A stretch of 64,000 bases of DNA from Ignavibacteria bacterium (GTDB taxonomy: Bacteria > Bacteroidota > Ignavibacteria > Tepidaquicellales > Tepidaquicellaceae). Position 1 is the first letter of the stretch; the number at the start of each line of letters is the position of its first letter. The stretch spans positions 25,425 to 89,424 of the forward strand of contig JBAZNU010000008.1 of the NCBI GenBank assembly GCA_041649015.1. Direction: 5' to 3'. The translations under genes were made by a program, and so were the position numbers. Below are positions 1-10,577 of the stretch, piece after piece. The notes under the pieces are model-generated. The model was not told the DNA's origin, ran no database searches, and saw only the letters and a list, made by a program, of their open reading frames with translations.

Positions 1-1
1 A

Positions 2-1942
2 CCCAAAATGAAACTTATGCCTAACGATAAAATAATTGCTCAGTCTGTGTTTCTTTATATTGAGGGCGTGCCGGTTTTTTGGGTGCCTTTTATAGTATTA
101 CCGAACAAGACGGGCAGGTCATCAGGATTTATAGTACCGAGTTGGGGAAACGACAATACTTATGGTATTTATTTTGCAAATGCCGGATATTTCTGGGCAA
201 TTAATGATTACATTGACCTTGCGTTGAAAGGTACAGTATTCACAAAAGGAAGGTATGACTTTTCGACTAGGTTCAGATATGCCAAGAAGTATCTTTATGA
301 CGGGACGTTTGAAGCAGGATATTCATTGATAAATAAAGGAGAAGAAAAAGATCCTGATAAATTCACCTCAAATCAGTGGATACTAAGTTTAAATCATAAT
401 CAGAAGTTTACACCGACAAGTTCATTAACCGGAAATTTAACGTTCGTAAGCGGCAAGAGCTATTATGATAATTCTACAAATGCATTACCTGATCTTCTCC
501 GTCAGAATGTAGTTTCGAATCTAACATTTTCAAAGTACTGGGAGGAGACACCGTTCTCATTTTCTGCAAATTATTACAGAGACCAGAATCTACAAACTGG
601 AGATTTGAATGAAAGGCTTCCGTCTGTGAGTTTTAATATATCAGAAACGTATCCATTCAGGAAGGACTATACCGGTGGAGATCAAAAACTGTATGAGTTC
701 TTTTCTTATTCTTATAATGGAACATTATTAAATAACAGAACTAAAGTTGTGGGTCAATACAATGATGAAATACAGTCTAATTTAGGTATGATAAACAGGG
801 TGGGACTGAATTTTGCACCAACATTTAAATATTTTAATATAAGACCATATTTTAATTATACAGAAATATGGTATAATAAATATATTCTAAAGGAAAGAAA
901 CGCTAATGATTCATTGGTTACTATAGAGAATGATGCATATAAAGCAGTGCGATATTTCAATATGGGAGTTTCGCTTAATACGAAACTAATCGGAATTTTT
1001 AATCCAAAGGTTTTCAATGTTACCGGTATAAAACATACATTAACTCCATCGGTATCATATAATTTTACTCCCGATTTCTCTTCACCCGGCTGGGGATATT
1101 ACGGGATGTATGAGGATGATTTTGGTAATCCAGTAAAGTATTCATATTATGACGGGAGGGTATTTGGAACAGCTCCCGCAAATGAACAGCAATCTTTAGG
1201 TTTTACACTTGGTAATCTTTTTGAGATGAAAACAAGGACTAATGACACAACTGAAAACAAATTTCAACTATTTAATATTAACGCAGGTGTTAATTATAAT
1301 TTTGCTGCTGATTCTTTAAAGTGGTCTGAGATTTTTACAGACTTCAGGACACAAATAGGAAATTTTCTAAATATTGGTGGAAATGCAACATTCAATCTTT
1401 ATAAATTTGATGCTGATAAGCAGACAAGGATTAATGAATTTTTAGTAAGCGACGGTAAACTTGCACAGCTGTCAACTTTTAATATTAATATTTCAACATC
1501 TTATAACTTCGGTTTCAGTACGAGAAGGGATGAAGATGACAGCAGGAAATATGATTCATTAAAAATAGAAAGGCCTACTTACAGGTCTGCTTTTGATGAG
1601 CCTTATCTCAATGTACCGCTTTCGGGTTCACTTAACTACAATTTCAGCGAGAACAGACAAAATCCAACAAGAATTTTCAAGACATCAAATGTAAGTGCAA
1701 GCATTAATGTGAGTCCGACACCGAAATGGAGATTCTCATTCACTGCGAGCTATGACCTTGAGAATAGTTTACTTTCTGCACCTTATATAACTGCATACAG
1801 AGATTTGAATTCTTGGGAAATGAATTTTAATTGGTATCCGATAGGAATATACAGAGGATTCTTTTTTCAGGTCAGAATAAAGGCTCCAATGCTGCAAGAC
1901 TTAAAATATACAAAACAAACTAATGCAAGGGGTGTATATTAA
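2..1942 (+). CDS. LptD/OstA-like outer-membrane beta-barrel protein, C-terminal part (5' end runs off the window)
   Basis: The frame is open to the window edge, so the Met at 8 is probably internal. Asn/Tyr/Phe/Ser-rich sequence with alternating beta-strand character, resembling the barrel of FCB-group LptD proteins. Stop overlaps the dapF start (TAATG). Family call from memory only. Confidence 0.45.
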   Translation, partial: PKMKLMPNDKIIAQSVFLYIEGVPVFWVPFIVLPNKTGRSSGFIVPSWGNDNTYGIYFANAGYFWAINDYIDLALKGTVFTKGRYDFSTRFRYAKKYLYDGTFEAGYSLINKGEEKDPDKFTSNQWILSLNHNQKFTPTSSLTGNLTFVSGKSYYDNSTNALPDLLRQNVVSNLTFSKYWEETPFSFSANYYRDQNLQTGDLNERLPSVSFNISETYPFRKDYTGGDQKLYEFFSYSYNGTLLNNRTKVVGQYNDEIQSNLGMINRVGLNFAPTFKYFNIRPYFNYTEIWYNKYILKERNANDSLVTIENDAYKAVRYFNMGVSLNTKLIGIFNPKVFNVTGIKHTLTPSVSYNFTPDFSSPGWGYYGMYEDDFGNPVKYSYYDGRVFGTAPANEQQSLGFTLGNLFEMKTRTNDTTENKFQLFNINAGVNYNFAADSLKWSEIFTDFRTQIGNFLNIGGNATFNLYKFDADKQTRINEFLVSDGKLAQLSTFNINISTSYNFGFSTRRDEDDSRKYDSLKIERPTYRSAFDEPYLNVPLSGSLNYNFSENRQNPTRIFKTSNVSASINVSPTPKWRFSFTASYDLENSLLSAPYITAYRDLNSWEMNFNWYPIGIYRGFFFQVRIKAPMLQDLKYTKQTNARGVY

Positions 1943-2763
1943 TGATTGATTTTAAAAGATACAGCGGGGCGGGTAATAAGTTTTTAATCTTGAATAATCT
2001 GGGTAGCAGTATCAATTCGAACAGAGATGTTGTTATTGAATTGATGCAAGAAAATTCCGGGTTCGACGGTGTGATATTTGTTGAACCTTCTTCTATAGCA
2101 GATTATAAGATGAACTATTTTAATAAAGATGGTACCGGTGATGCATTGTGCGGTAATGGTTTAAGATGTACAGCAAGGTTTTTGAAAGATGAGGGTTTTA
2201 TCAATAATGAAATTGTTTTGATTGAAGGTGTCGGTAAGATTTATGACTGCAGATTTATTGATGATGGGGAGATAAGTGTAGGCTTTCCGCCACCTGCAAA
2301 GATGAAGTTTAATTTTAAACTTAAAGTACATTTTGAAGAATGGTGGCAGTTGATTAATGCTTCTTACGTTGATGTTGGGTCGCCACATGTTATTATCTTT
2401 GTTGAAGATATTGAAAAACCAATAGTGAACAATCTTGATGAAATACCATTGGATGAGTGGGGCAAGTATGTGAGAATGCATAAGGATTTTCTGCCAGATG
2501 GAGTTAACTCACATTTTGTGAAAGTGATTGATGCTGAAAAAGGTGAATTGCAGATAAGAAGTTTTGAAAGGGGAGTTGAAGGGGAAACACTTGCTTGCGG
2601 TACAGGATCATTATCAAGTGCGATTTCAGCTTATGCAGTGAAGAGCGTTAAAACTCCTGTTAGACTTTTAACAAGAAGCGGAGAGTATCTAACAGTAAAT
2701 TTTAGCGTAGTGGAGGGTGTGATAAGAGAGTTAAAACTAAAGGGTGGTGCGGTAGAAATTTAG
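1942..2763 (+). CDS. dapF: diaminopimelate epimerase
   Basis: 273 aa, typical length. Two half-domains with the catalytic Cys motifs ..ALCGNGLRC.. and ..LACGTGS.. Confidence 0.85.
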   Translation: MIDFKRYSGAGNKFLILNNLGSSINSNRDVVIELMQENSGFDGVIFVEPSSIADYKMNYFNKDGTGDALCGNGLRCTARFLKDEGFINNEIVLIEGVGKIYDCRFIDDGEISVGFPPPAKMKFNFKLKVHFEEWWQLINASYVDVGSPHVIIFVEDIEKPIVNNLDEIPLDEWGKYVRMHKDFLPDGVNSHFVKVIDAEKGELQIRSFERGVEGETLACGTGSLSSAISAYAVKSVKTPVRLLTRSGEYLTVNFSVVEGVIRELKLKGGAVEI

Positions 2764-2796
2764 ATGATGTTAATTTATTAAATAAATATATTTGAC

Positions 2797-3246
2797 ATGA
2801 ATAGTTTAACATTAAAAGAATCAAATCAAAAAATTGTAGAAAGAATTAATAATCTGTCTTCTGATACTGCACCATTATGGGGAAAAATGAACTCAGGACA
2901 GATGTTGGCTCACTGCACCGTAGGACTTAGAATAGCAAACGGAGAGGTGATACCAAAATCTAATATTGTTTTTAAACTATTAGGAAGATTGGTTAAGAGA
3001 AGAATAATATCACAGGAGAGTTTTAAGAAGAATTCAAGAACTGCAAGAGAGTTTATAATATCAGAAGATAAAAATTTTAACGAGGAAAAAGATAAGATAT
3101 TGAAATACCTGAGAGAAATGGAAATTAAGGGATATGATTTTTTTACAAAAAAGCCTCATGCAATATTCGGACCTTTAAAGCCTGAAGAATGGGATACAAT
3201 ATCATTCAGGCATTTTGACCATCACCTAAAGCAGTTTGGCGTGTAA
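2797..3246 (+). CDS. DUF1569 (DinB-fold) family protein
   Basis: 149 aa. ..APLWGKMNSGQMLAHC.. and the C-terminal ..EEWDTISFRHFDHHLKQFGV resemble DUF1569 proteins. Confidence 0.45.
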   Translation: MNSLTLKESNQKIVERINNLSSDTAPLWGKMNSGQMLAHCTVGLRIANGEVIPKSNIVFKLLGRLVKRRIISQESFKKNSRTAREFIISEDKNFNEEKDKILKYLREMEIKGYDFFTKKPHAIFGPLKPEEWDTISFRHFDHHLKQFGV

Positions 3247-3270
3247 GAAATTGAGCGGTATTTAAAATAA

Positions 3271-3293
3271 AAAATCGATTATAATTCGATTTT
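3271..3293. terminator. AT-rich hairpin, possible bidirectional terminator
   Basis: aaaatcga-ttataat-tcgatttt: 8-bp stem flanked by A and T runs, between the DUF1569 gene and the minus-strand tRNA. Confidence 0.3.
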
Positions 3294-3381
3294 AAAATAC
3301 TTCTTTAAAGCATTCTTAATTTCTTCGTCAGATTTTAAGTCGAAGGTTTGTACAATACCATTGATGTTGGAAATGAGTTTG

Positions 3382-3453
3382 TTCCCCTTCATGGATTCGA
3401 ACCACGACCGTGACTTTCAGAGAGTCATGTGCTAACCGTTACACTAAAGGGGA
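3382..3453 (-). tRNA. tRNA-Gln (anticodon CUG)
   Basis: Hand-folded cloverleaf on the minus strand: acceptor TCCCCTT/AAGGGGA, D arm GTGT..GCAC, anticodon stem TGACT/AGTCA with loop CT-CTG-AA, T arm CGTGG-TTCGAAT-CCATG, discriminator A. 72 nt; no encoded CCA. Confidence 0.85.
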
Positions 3454-3512
3454 GTAACTTTTACATTGTATGCAAACTATCAATGTTCTCATACATTTTC
3501 AAGCCAATTAAC

Positions 3513-4898
3513 TTAAGGCTTTATGAATTCTTTGTGCAGAGCATTAATTACTTCATAAAGCTCTTCTTTTGGAACTATAATATAAATAGCAACTTCTGAG
3601 GCACCTCCCGAAGCCATTTCTACATTTACCTTCTCATGTGATACTGCATTAAGAATTCTTCCGAAAATTCCCCGTTTCCTTAAAAGTCCTTCTCCGATTA
3701 CTGCAATCAATGCTATGTTTCTGACAAAATTTATTTTTTCAATTATCTTGCCTTTAAATGAATTGAGGATTTCCAGAGCTTCTTCCGCGAAGTTGTTTTC
3801 AATAATCAAATTGATTGTCGTTTGCGAGCTTAAAGTTGAGAAAATATTTATACCGTTTGCTGAAAGGGCATCGCTAATACTTTTTATCAGACCCGGTTTA
3901 TAACCGATTCCTGTTCCATGAATTCGAATCATTGCAATATCATCATTTTGTGATATGCTTTTGACGACATTCTCCTCAACGTATGCTTCGGTTATTATTA
4001 ATGTTCCTTTTCCTTTGGGATCGCAGAGATTTTTGACTGATATGGGTATTTCCTGTGTAGCTATTGGTTCAATGGTAAGAGGATGTAAAATCCTTTTACC
4101 AAAATAAGAAAGTTCTGCTGCTTCAAAGTATGAAAGTTTATCAATAATAACAGCATCTTTAACGATGTCAGGGTCGGCACTTGTAAAACCGGTACAGCAT
4201 TTCCATATTTCAAGTTCGGTTGCGTCAAAGCCATAAGCAATGACAGAGGCAGAATAGTCCGCTCCGCTCCTTCCGAAAGTGGTTACTTTTCCTTCGGCAG
4301 AACTTCCGAAAAAGCCAGTGAATATAGGGATAATACCTGCATTATAAATACTATGTGCATGAAAATTAAAGTTACGCTTAAATTCTTCAAGGTTAACCAT
4401 AGCTTGATCGAAATTATCATCAGTTATTAATCCAATTTTATCGGTCTCAATTACAGTTGATTCTGTTCCGTGGTCTTCAAGAACGCCCGAAAGAATCGCC
4501 GCCGAAATTCTTTCACCATAACTTAAAATGTATGCTTTAACGGCATCCGTTATCTCTTCTGTATAACTTACACCATAAAGAAGTCTTTCAACTTTTTTAA
4601 TCAGCTTTGTGAAAATCTGAATTGTTTTGTTAAAGACCTTATCATTCTTGATGGATTCCTGTGTAATATTATAATGAAACTCGGTTAAAGTACTAATTGT
4701 CTCGTTTACGTTTGTTTCTTTGCCCTTAGCTTTTATAATTCCATTTAAAAGCAAGTCAGTGATTCCTTCCATTGCAGAAACAACGACAACGGGGAACTGT
4801 TTTTCCGATAGAATGATTTCAACAGCTTTAAGAATATGTTTTGAATCACTCAAACAGTCACCGCCGAACTTTATTACTTTAATATTATTCTTTTCCAC
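3513..4898 (-). CDS. lysC: aspartate kinase with C-terminal ACT domains
   Basis: 461 aa. N-terminal ..VIKFGGDCLSD.. kinase motif and ..FGRSGADYSA..; C-terminal duplicated ACT-like region. GTG start. Confidence 0.85.
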   Translation of the reverse strand: MEKNNIKVIKFGGDCLSDSKHILKAVEIILSEKQFPVVVVSAMEGITDLLLNGIIKAKGKETNVNETISTLTEFHYNITQESIKNDKVFNKTIQIFTKLIKKVERLLYGVSYTEEITDAVKAYILSYGERISAAILSGVLEDHGTESTVIETDKIGLITDDNFDQAMVNLEEFKRNFNFHAHSIYNAGIIPIFTGFFGSSAEGKVTTFGRSGADYSASVIAYGFDATELEIWKCCTGFTSADPDIVKDAVIIDKLSYFEAAELSYFGKRILHPLTIEPIATQEIPISVKNLCDPKGKGTLIITEAYVEENVVKSISQNDDIAMIRIHGTGIGYKPGLIKSISDALSANGINIFSTLSSQTTINLIIENNFAEEALEILNSFKGKIIEKINFVRNIALIAVIGEGLLRKRGIFGRILNAVSHEKVNVEMASGGASEVAIYIIVPKEELYEVINALHKEFIKP

Positions 4899-5178
4899 GA
4901 TTTGTTTATTAATTATAATCTTTTCAAAATTACAAAGAATAAAGGACTATTTTGATGTAATTCATAATGCACATACAAAACAGCAGGTTATTCAAGGATA
5001 ACTTTAGTCAGGTAACTTTAAGGAGTCAAGTAATTGCATCAAGAAAAAACAACAGGAAAAAGATTGATTTAGTATTTGTATTTTAATAGTATATTTATTA
5101 TTTTGATTGTTCTCTAGAAATACTAAAATATCAAACTTATATCCTCACAAGCAGTGGAAAATTCCCGCTGTTCTTGCA

Positions 5179-5207
5179 TTGACTTATTTTATTTAAATTA
5201 TTAATTT
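5179..5207 (+). promoter_or_regulatory. candidate sigma70-type promoter for the rplB cluster
   Basis: TTGACT (5179-5184), 17-nt spacer, TAATTT (5202-5207), about 90 nt upstream of rplB. An alternative Bacteroidetes-style pair is TTTG (5212-5215) with TAAATTTG (5236-5243). Neither is verified. Confidence 0.3.
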
Positions 5208-5299
5208 AAAGTTTGTCTAAAATTCGTTAAACCAGTAAATTTGAAGTTTAGGTTGTTTTATGCAACAATTTGAAAATTAGAAAACACTTGATTATATAA

Positions 5300-6127
5300 A
5301 TGGCATTAAGAAAGTTAAAACCAGTAACACCGGCGACGAGATACTACTCGATATCTTCATTTGAGGAGATTACAAAGTCAACACCGGAAAAATCATTGTT
5401 GGCACCGATTAAGAAATCCGGAGGCAGAAATAACCACGGAAGAGTGACTTCAAGATTCAGAGGCGGCGGACACAAGAGAAGATATAGGATTATAGATTTT
5501 AAAAGATCAAACTCTGAAGAGGCAAAAGTAATTGCAATCGAATACGATCCTAACAGAACGGCACGCATAGCATTAATACAATACGGCGACGGAACAAAGG
5601 CTTATGTAGTAGCTCCGGACGGAATAAAAGTAGGAGAGGTAATTCAATCTTCTAACGAAGCTGAAATGAAAACCGGCAACACCATGCAGGTATATTCGAT
5701 ACCTGTGGGTACTTTTATTCATAATATAGAACTTAAACCGGGTAAAGGTGCACAGATTGCGAGAAGCGCAGGTACATCTGGTCAGATTGTTGCGAAAGAT
5801 GAAAAATACTGTCAGGTAAAGCTACCATCGGGTGAAGTCAGGATGATTAAGAACGAATGCAAGGCAACAATTGGTGTAGTAAGCAATATTGACCATGAGA
5901 ATATAAGTATTGGTAAAGCCGGCAGGTCAAGATGGATGGGCAGAAGGCCTCACGTAAGAGGTGTTGCGATGAATCCGATTGACCATCCAATGGGCGGTGG
6001 TGAGGGTAAAACATCAGGTGGTGGTCATCCTGTAAGCCCCTGGGGATTACCAGCAAAAGGTTATAAAACAAGAAAGAAGAAAAGTGTTTCCAACAAATAC
6101 ATTGTTAAAAAAAGGAATAAGAAATGA
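5300..6127 (+). CDS. rplB: 50S ribosomal protein L2
   Basis: 275 aa; ..GGGHKRRYR.. and ..[13 protein letters not shown].. motifs. Confidence 0.97.
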   Translation: MALRKLKPVTPATRYYSISSFEEITKSTPEKSLLAPIKKSGGRNNHGRVTSRFRGGGHKRRYRIIDFKRSNSEEAKVIAIEYDPNRTARIALIQYGDGTKAYVVAPDGIKVGEVIQSSNEAEMKTGNTMQVYSIPVGTFIHNIELKPGKGAQIARSAGTSGQIVAKDEKYCQVKLPSGEVRMIKNECKATIGVVSNIDHENISIGKAGRSRWMGRRPHVRGVAMNPIDHPMGGGEGKTSGGGHPVSPWGLPAKGYKTRKKKSVSNKYIVKKRNKK

Positions 6128-6414
6128 CGAGATCCTATAAGAAAGGTCCTTTTATAGATTTTAAACTTTTAGCCAAAGTTGAAAAACTCAACGAAAGCAA
6201 TAAGAAACAGGTTATAAAGACCTGGGCAAGAGCCTGTACAATAACGCCAGACTTTATAGGCCATACTTTTGCAGTACATAACGGTAATAAGTTCATTCCT
6301 GTTTTCATTTCGGAGAACATGGTAGGACATAAGCTTGGAGAGTTTTCGCATACGAGAACTTTTAGAGCCCACTCGGGTCAAAGAAAAGAAGAAAAGGCTG
6401 GAGGTGCTAAGTAA
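6124..6414 (+). CDS. rpsS: 30S ribosomal protein S19
   Basis: 96 aa; ..SYKKGPFID.. and ..HNGNKFIPV.. Start overlaps the rplB stop (ATGA). Confidence 0.97.
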   Translation: MTRSYKKGPFIDFKLLAKVEKLNESNKKQVIKTWARACTITPDFIGHTFAVHNGNKFIPVFISENMVGHKLGEFSHTRTFRAHSGQRKEEKAGGAK

Positions 6415-6767
6415 TGGAAGCAAGAGCAGTAAAAAGATATATACCTACGTCACCAAGAAAGATGAGACTTCTTGTTGATCTTATAAGGAATATGAATGTT
6501 GAAGACGGACTTAATACCCTGAAGTTTTCGAAGAAGCATCCGGCGAAAGTTGTAGAGCTTACATTATTATCTGCATATTCAAATCTTGTAGGTAAGCTGG
6601 ACACAGGAAGATTAGATAAGAAAGAAGTTATAATAAAGGAAGCCTTCGTAAACGGGGGACCTGTAATGAAAAGAATGCTGCCCGCACCTCAGGGAAGAGC
6701 ATACAGAATAAGAAAGCGTTCAGCCCATTTGACATTAGTGGTTGAAAATATAGAAGAAAAGATTTAA
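6414..6767 (+). CDS. rplV: 50S ribosomal protein L22
   Basis: 117 aa; ..ISPRKMRLLVDLIR.. Position in the conserved gene order. Confidence 0.95.
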   Translation: MEARAVKRYIPTSPRKMRLLVDLIRNMNVEDGLNTLKFSKKHPAKVVELTLLSAYSNLVGKLDTGRLDKKEVIIKEAFVNGGPVMKRMLPAPQGRAYRIRKRSAHLTLVVENIEEKI

Positions 6768-6793
6768 AAATTTAAATAATTTAAGGAGATTTT

Positions 6794-7423
6794 TTGGGAC
6801 AAAAGACACATCCGGTTGGTTTTAGATTAGGGGTCATAAATACCTGGGACTCTAATTGGTATGATGAGAAGAGTTTTGCTCAAAAACTAAAAGAGGATTC
6901 GAAGATAAGAAATTATCTTAAGAAAAGACTTGAGAAAGCAGGAGTAGCAAAGGTTTACATTGAAAGGACTCTCAAGAAAATCACTCTTACCATCAGTACT
7001 TCTAGGCCAGGTTTCGTTATCGGGAAGAGCGGTAAGGAAATCACACAGTTGGAAGAGGAAATCAAGAAGATTACGAATAAAGAGGTGAAGATAAACGTTG
7101 AGGAAATCAAGAAGCCGGAGTTGAATGCACACTTAGTCGCTGAAAACATTGCTTCACAGATTGCAAATAGAGTTTCTTTCAGAAGAGCAATGAAGGCAGC
7201 AATAACGTCGACTATGAGAATGGGTGCCGAGGGTATCAAGGTAATGTGCGGAGGAAGGCTTGGCGGTGCAGAAATCGCAAGGTCAGAGCAGTATAAAGAA
7301 GGAAGAATACCGCTACAGACATTAAGAGCGGATATTGATTATGCTTCTGTGACGTCTCATACAATTTACGGTGCAATAGGCGTGAAAGTATGGATTTGCA
7401 GAGGAGAAAAACATTCAAAATAA
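6794..7423 (+). CDS. rpsC: 30S ribosomal protein S3
   Basis: 209 aa; [13 protein letters not shown].. N-terminus. TTG start 7 nt after an AAGGAG site. Confidence 0.96.
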   Translation: MGQKTHPVGFRLGVINTWDSNWYDEKSFAQKLKEDSKIRNYLKKRLEKAGVAKVYIERTLKKITLTISTSRPGFVIGKSGKEITQLEEEIKKITNKEVKINVEEIKKPELNAHLVAENIASQIANRVSFRRAMKAAITSTMRMGAEGIKVMCGGRLGGAEIARSEQYKEGRIPLQTLRADIDYASVTSHTIYGAIGVKVWICRGEKHSK

Positions 7424-7450
7424 AAGTTAATTATACGGAGTATATAGATT

Positions 7451-7861
7451 ATGTTAATGCCCAAAAGGGTTAAATTCAGAAAAACCCAGAAAGGAAACCG
7501 AAGAGGAAAAGCAGGCAGAGGAAATCTGGTAGCTTTTGGTTCTTATGGTATGAAAGCTATGGAAGCTGCATGGATTACGGACAGACAGATAGAGGCAGCG
7601 AGAATTGCTCTGACAAGATTTATGAAAAGAGACGGTAAGGTCTGGATAAGGATATTTCCTGATAAACCAGTAACTAAGAAACCTGCTGAAACCCGTATGG
7701 GAAAGGGTAAAGGAGCACCTGAATATTGGGTGGCTGTAATTCAACCGGGCAAGATTATGTTTGAAGTTGACGGAGTAACGGCGACTGTTGCTGAAGAAGC
7801 ATTCAGGTTAGCATCTCATAAACTTCCAATAAAAACAAAGTTTGTAAAAAGATTAGTTTAA
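7451..7861 (+). CDS. rplP: 50S ribosomal protein L16
   Basis: 136 aa; [11 protein letters not shown].. and ..RMGKGKG.. Confidence 0.97.
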   Translation: MLMPKRVKFRKTQKGNRRGKAGRGNLVAFGSYGMKAMEAAWITDRQIEAARIALTRFMKRDGKVWIRIFPDKPVTKKPAETRMGKGKGAPEYWVAVIQPGKIMFEVDGVTATVAEEAFRLASHKLPIKTKFVKRLV

Positions 7862-7876
7862 TTAATAAGAAGAAAA

Positions 7877-8089
7877 ATGAAGTTTTACCAAATAAAGGAC
7901 ATGACAAGCGAAGATCTGAAGCATAGTCTGAAGGATTCATACGAAGCTTTAGAGAACTTCAGATTCCAGCATGCATCGGGACAGCTTGAAAATTATAAGG
8001 CAATGAGGAATACAAAGAAAGATATTGCAAAGATTCTTACTGTCCTTAGACAAAGAGAAATAGCAGAAAAATCAAATTCAAAGAAATAA
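7877..8089 (+). CDS. rpmC: 50S ribosomal protein L29
   Basis: 70 aa; helical L29-like sequence in the conserved position between L16 and S17. Confidence 0.9.
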   Translation: MKFYQIKDMTSEDLKHSLKDSYEALENFRFQHASGQLENYKAMRNTKKDIAKILTVLRQREIAEKSNSKK

Positions 8090-8101
8090 CATAATATCTG
8101 A

Positions 8102-8395
8102 ATGAGCGAAGATAAAAAAATGGAGCAAACAGAAGTTAAGAAAAGAACTACTTCTAGAAAATCAAGAATCGGTGTTGTGGTAAGCAGCAAAATGGATAAG
8201 TCGGTGGTAGTTGCGATAGAGAAAAGGGTCAAACATCCTTTGTACAAGAAGTTTTTTAAGAAGACAACAAAGTTTATGGCTCATGACGAAAAGAATGAAT
8301 GCGGAATAGGTGATACGGTAAAAATAATGGAGACAAGACCACTGAGTAAGAATAAACGCTGGAGGCTTGTTGAAATAGTTGAAAAAGCCAAATAG
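8102..8395 (+). CDS. rpsQ: 30S ribosomal protein S17
   Basis: 97 aa; ..[17 protein letters not shown].. and ..[14 protein letters not shown].. Short N-terminal extension, or a start at Met7. Confidence 0.93.
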   Translation: MSEDKKMEQTEVKKRTTSRKSRIGVVVSSKMDKSVVVAIEKRVKHPLYKKFFKKTTKFMAHDEKNECGIGDTVKIMETRPLSKNKRWRLVEIVEKAK

Positions 8396-8432
8396 TTTTT
8401 TAATAAAGTAAAGACAATTTTAATTATTTAAT

Positions 8433-8801
8433 ATGATACAGGAAGAAACAAATCTTACGGTTGCAGATAACTCAGGTGCAAAATCTGTCAGATGTATAAG
8501 GGTACTAGGCGGTTCGGACAGAAGATATGCAAGTCTCGGTGATATAATAGTCGTATCGGTAAAGTCTGCTATCCCAGGCGGAACGGTCAAAAAAGGTGAA
8601 GTTTCAAGAGCCGTAATAGTAAGGACAGCGAAGGAAGTACAAAGAAAAGACGGCAGCTGTATAAAGTTTGATGAAAATGCAGCAGTACTATTAAATGCAA
8701 ATAACGAACCGAGAGGAACGCGTATTTTCGGACCTGTCGGCAGAGAACTTCGCGAAAAACAGTTTATGAAGATTATTTCATTAGCTCCGGAAGTAATTTA
8801 A
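8433..8801 (+). CDS. rplN: 50S ribosomal protein L14
   Basis: 122 aa; [17 protein letters not shown].. canonical L14 N-terminus. Confidence 0.97.
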   Translation: MIQEETNLTVADNSGAKSVRCIRVLGGSDRRYASLGDIIVVSVKSAIPGGTVKKGEVSRAVIVRTAKEVQRKDGSCIKFDENAAVLLNANNEPRGTRIFGPVGRELREKQFMKIISLAPEVI

Positions 8802-8831
8802 TATAATATAGATATTAACAGAGATTATAAA

Positions 8832-9170
8832 ATGATAAAAACAAGACTCAAGAAAAGCGATACAGTAAAAGTATTAAGTGGAAACTCAAAAGGTTCAACC
8901 GGAAAGATACTTTTTATTGACAAGCAAAAAGGCAGAGTTATAGTTGAAGGTGTTAACATAGTTCATAAGCACCAGAAAGCAACTCAAAAAAATCCTCAGC
9001 CGGCAATTATAAAAAGAGAAGCTCCGATCAACATAACCAACGTTGCGCTTGTATGTCCGAAGACAAGCAAGCAGACAAGAATAGGTACGGAGATTGTAAA
9101 AGATCCGACAACCGGCAAAGAAAAAAGGATGAGGTTGAGCAAAAAATCAGGTGAAATTATAATTAGTTAA
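8832..9170 (+). CDS. rplX: 50S ribosomal protein L24
   Basis: 112 aa; KOW-type ..[20 protein letters not shown].. Confidence 0.93.
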   Translation: MIKTRLKKSDTVKVLSGNSKGSTGKILFIDKQKGRVIVEGVNIVHKHQKATQKNPQPAIIKREAPINITNVALVCPKTSKQTRIGTEIVKDPTTGKEKRMRLSKKSGEIIIS

Positions 9171-9177
9171 TCAGAAA

Positions 9178-9828
9178 ATGGCAAAAAGCAAAGAAGATAG
9201 AAAAAAAGATTCTGAAGTTGCCGCAAAACAGGCAAAAGGCAAAAAAGGAAAAGACGCAAAAGATACAAACTTTAAGGAAGAAAAAGTACCTGTAAGATTA
9301 CTTGAATTTTACAGAACAAAGATAGTACCCGAGCTGATTAAGAAACACGGATATAAAAATGTTATGCAAGCGCCAAAGCTTACAAAGATTGTGTTGAACA
9401 GTGGTGTGGGTCAGGCAGTTGTTGATCCGAAGTTAATAGATGCAACAGTAAAAGATTTTGAAGCTATTACAGGTCAGAAACCGACAGTAGTTAAGGCTAA
9501 GAAATCGGTGTCTAACTTCAAGCTAAGAGAAGGGATGAACATTGGTGTGAGAGTAACTTTAAGAAACGACAGGATGTATGAATTCCTTGACAGGTTTATA
9601 AATGTATCAATACCGCGAGTACGCGATTTTAGAGGTTTACCTGACAAGAGTTTTGACGGGAGAGGAAATTATTCTATGGGTGTGAAAGAACAAATTATAT
9701 TTCCGGAAATTAATGTTGATGGAATAACGAGAATAACAGGTATGGACATAACATTCGTTACAACAGCAAAAACTGATGAAGAAGCTTACGATCTTTTAAA
9801 GGGTTTTGGAATACCATTCACAAAATAA
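9178..9828 (+). CDS. rplE: 50S ribosomal protein L5 with a Lys-rich N-terminal extension
   Basis: 216 aa. The conserved L5 core starts near ..[35 protein letters not shown].. and is preceded by about 38 Lys/Asp/Glu-rich residues with no alternative in-frame start. Confidence 0.95.
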   Translation: MAKSKEDRKKDSEVAAKQAKGKKGKDAKDTNFKEEKVPVRLLEFYRTKIVPELIKKHGYKNVMQAPKLTKIVLNSGVGQAVVDPKLIDATVKDFEAITGQKPTVVKAKKSVSNFKLREGMNIGVRVTLRNDRMYEFLDRFINVSIPRVRDFRGLPDKSFDGRGNYSMGVKEQIIFPEINVDGITRITGMDITFVTTAKTDEEAYDLLKGFGIPFTK

Positions 9829-9854
9829 TAATTCAGAATATTAGATTCATATAA

Positions 9855-10124
9855 ATGGCAAAAAAATCACATATAGCGAGGCAACAAAGAAGAGAAAGAA
9901 TAGTTGCTCAGTATGCAGAAAAAAGGAAAGAGCTAAAAGCAAAAGGTGATTACGCAGGGCTTGCAAAACTGCCGAGAGACAGCAGTGCAACGCGCCTTCA
10001 CAACAGATGCATGATGACAGGTAGGGCAAGAAGTTATTACAGAAAGTTTGGAGTATCACGACTTGTTTTCAGAGAATTAGCGCTTCAGGGTAAAATACCC
10101 GGAGTAGTTAAATCAAGCTGGTAA
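9855..10124 (+). CDS. rpsN: 30S ribosomal protein S14 (long, non-zinc form)
   Basis: 89 aa, ending ..[11 protein letters not shown]; lacks the CxxC pairs. Confidence 0.95.
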   Translation: MAKKSHIARQQRRERIVAQYAEKRKELKAKGDYAGLAKLPRDSSATRLHNRCMMTGRARSYYRKFGVSRLVFRELALQGKIPGVVKSSW

Positions 10125-10149
10125 AAAATTAAAACGGAGATTATTTAGA

Positions 10150-10548
10150 ATGTCAATGACAGATCCAATAGCGGATTTTTTAACAAGGGTTAGAAACGCA
10201 ATAAGTGCCGGAAAGAAATCAGTCGATATTCCGGCTTCAAACATGAAAAAAGGTATCGCTGAAATAATGAAGAGTGCACACTTTATTAGTGACTATTCAG
10301 TCGTAGAAGGCGATGGAATTAAAAAATATATATCAATAAAACTGAAATACAATGACGGTATCAGTGTTATTGAAGGACTAAAAAGAGTTAGCAAGCCGGG
10401 TATAAGAAATTATACTGATTCGGAAAGTATTCCAAGAGTCCGCAACGGATTAGGCATTGCAGTAATTTCGACCTCCAAGGGTTTGATGACCGACAAGCAG
10501 GCAAGAGCTCAGAAAATTGGCGGGGAAGTAATTTGTGAAATCTGGTAA
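10150..10548 (+). CDS. rpsH: 30S ribosomal protein S8
   Basis: 132 aa; MSMTDPIADFLTRVRNA.. Confidence 0.97.
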   Translation: MSMTDPIADFLTRVRNAISAGKKSVDIPASNMKKGIAEIMKSAHFISDYSVVEGDGIKKYISIKLKYNDGISVIEGLKRVSKPGIRNYTDSESIPRVRNGLGIAVISTSKGLMTDKQARAQKIGGEVICEIW

Positions 10549-10577
10549 TCAATAAAATTTAATCGTAAAATCAGAAT

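Noticed and set aside
4899-5160. Looked for a lysine riboswitch (L box) or T-box-like leader upstream of the aspartate kinase gene on the minus strand.
   Set aside because: The region is AT-rich and I could not find the GC-rich conserved helices expected for an L box. Only a covariance-model scan (Rfam RF00168) could settle this.
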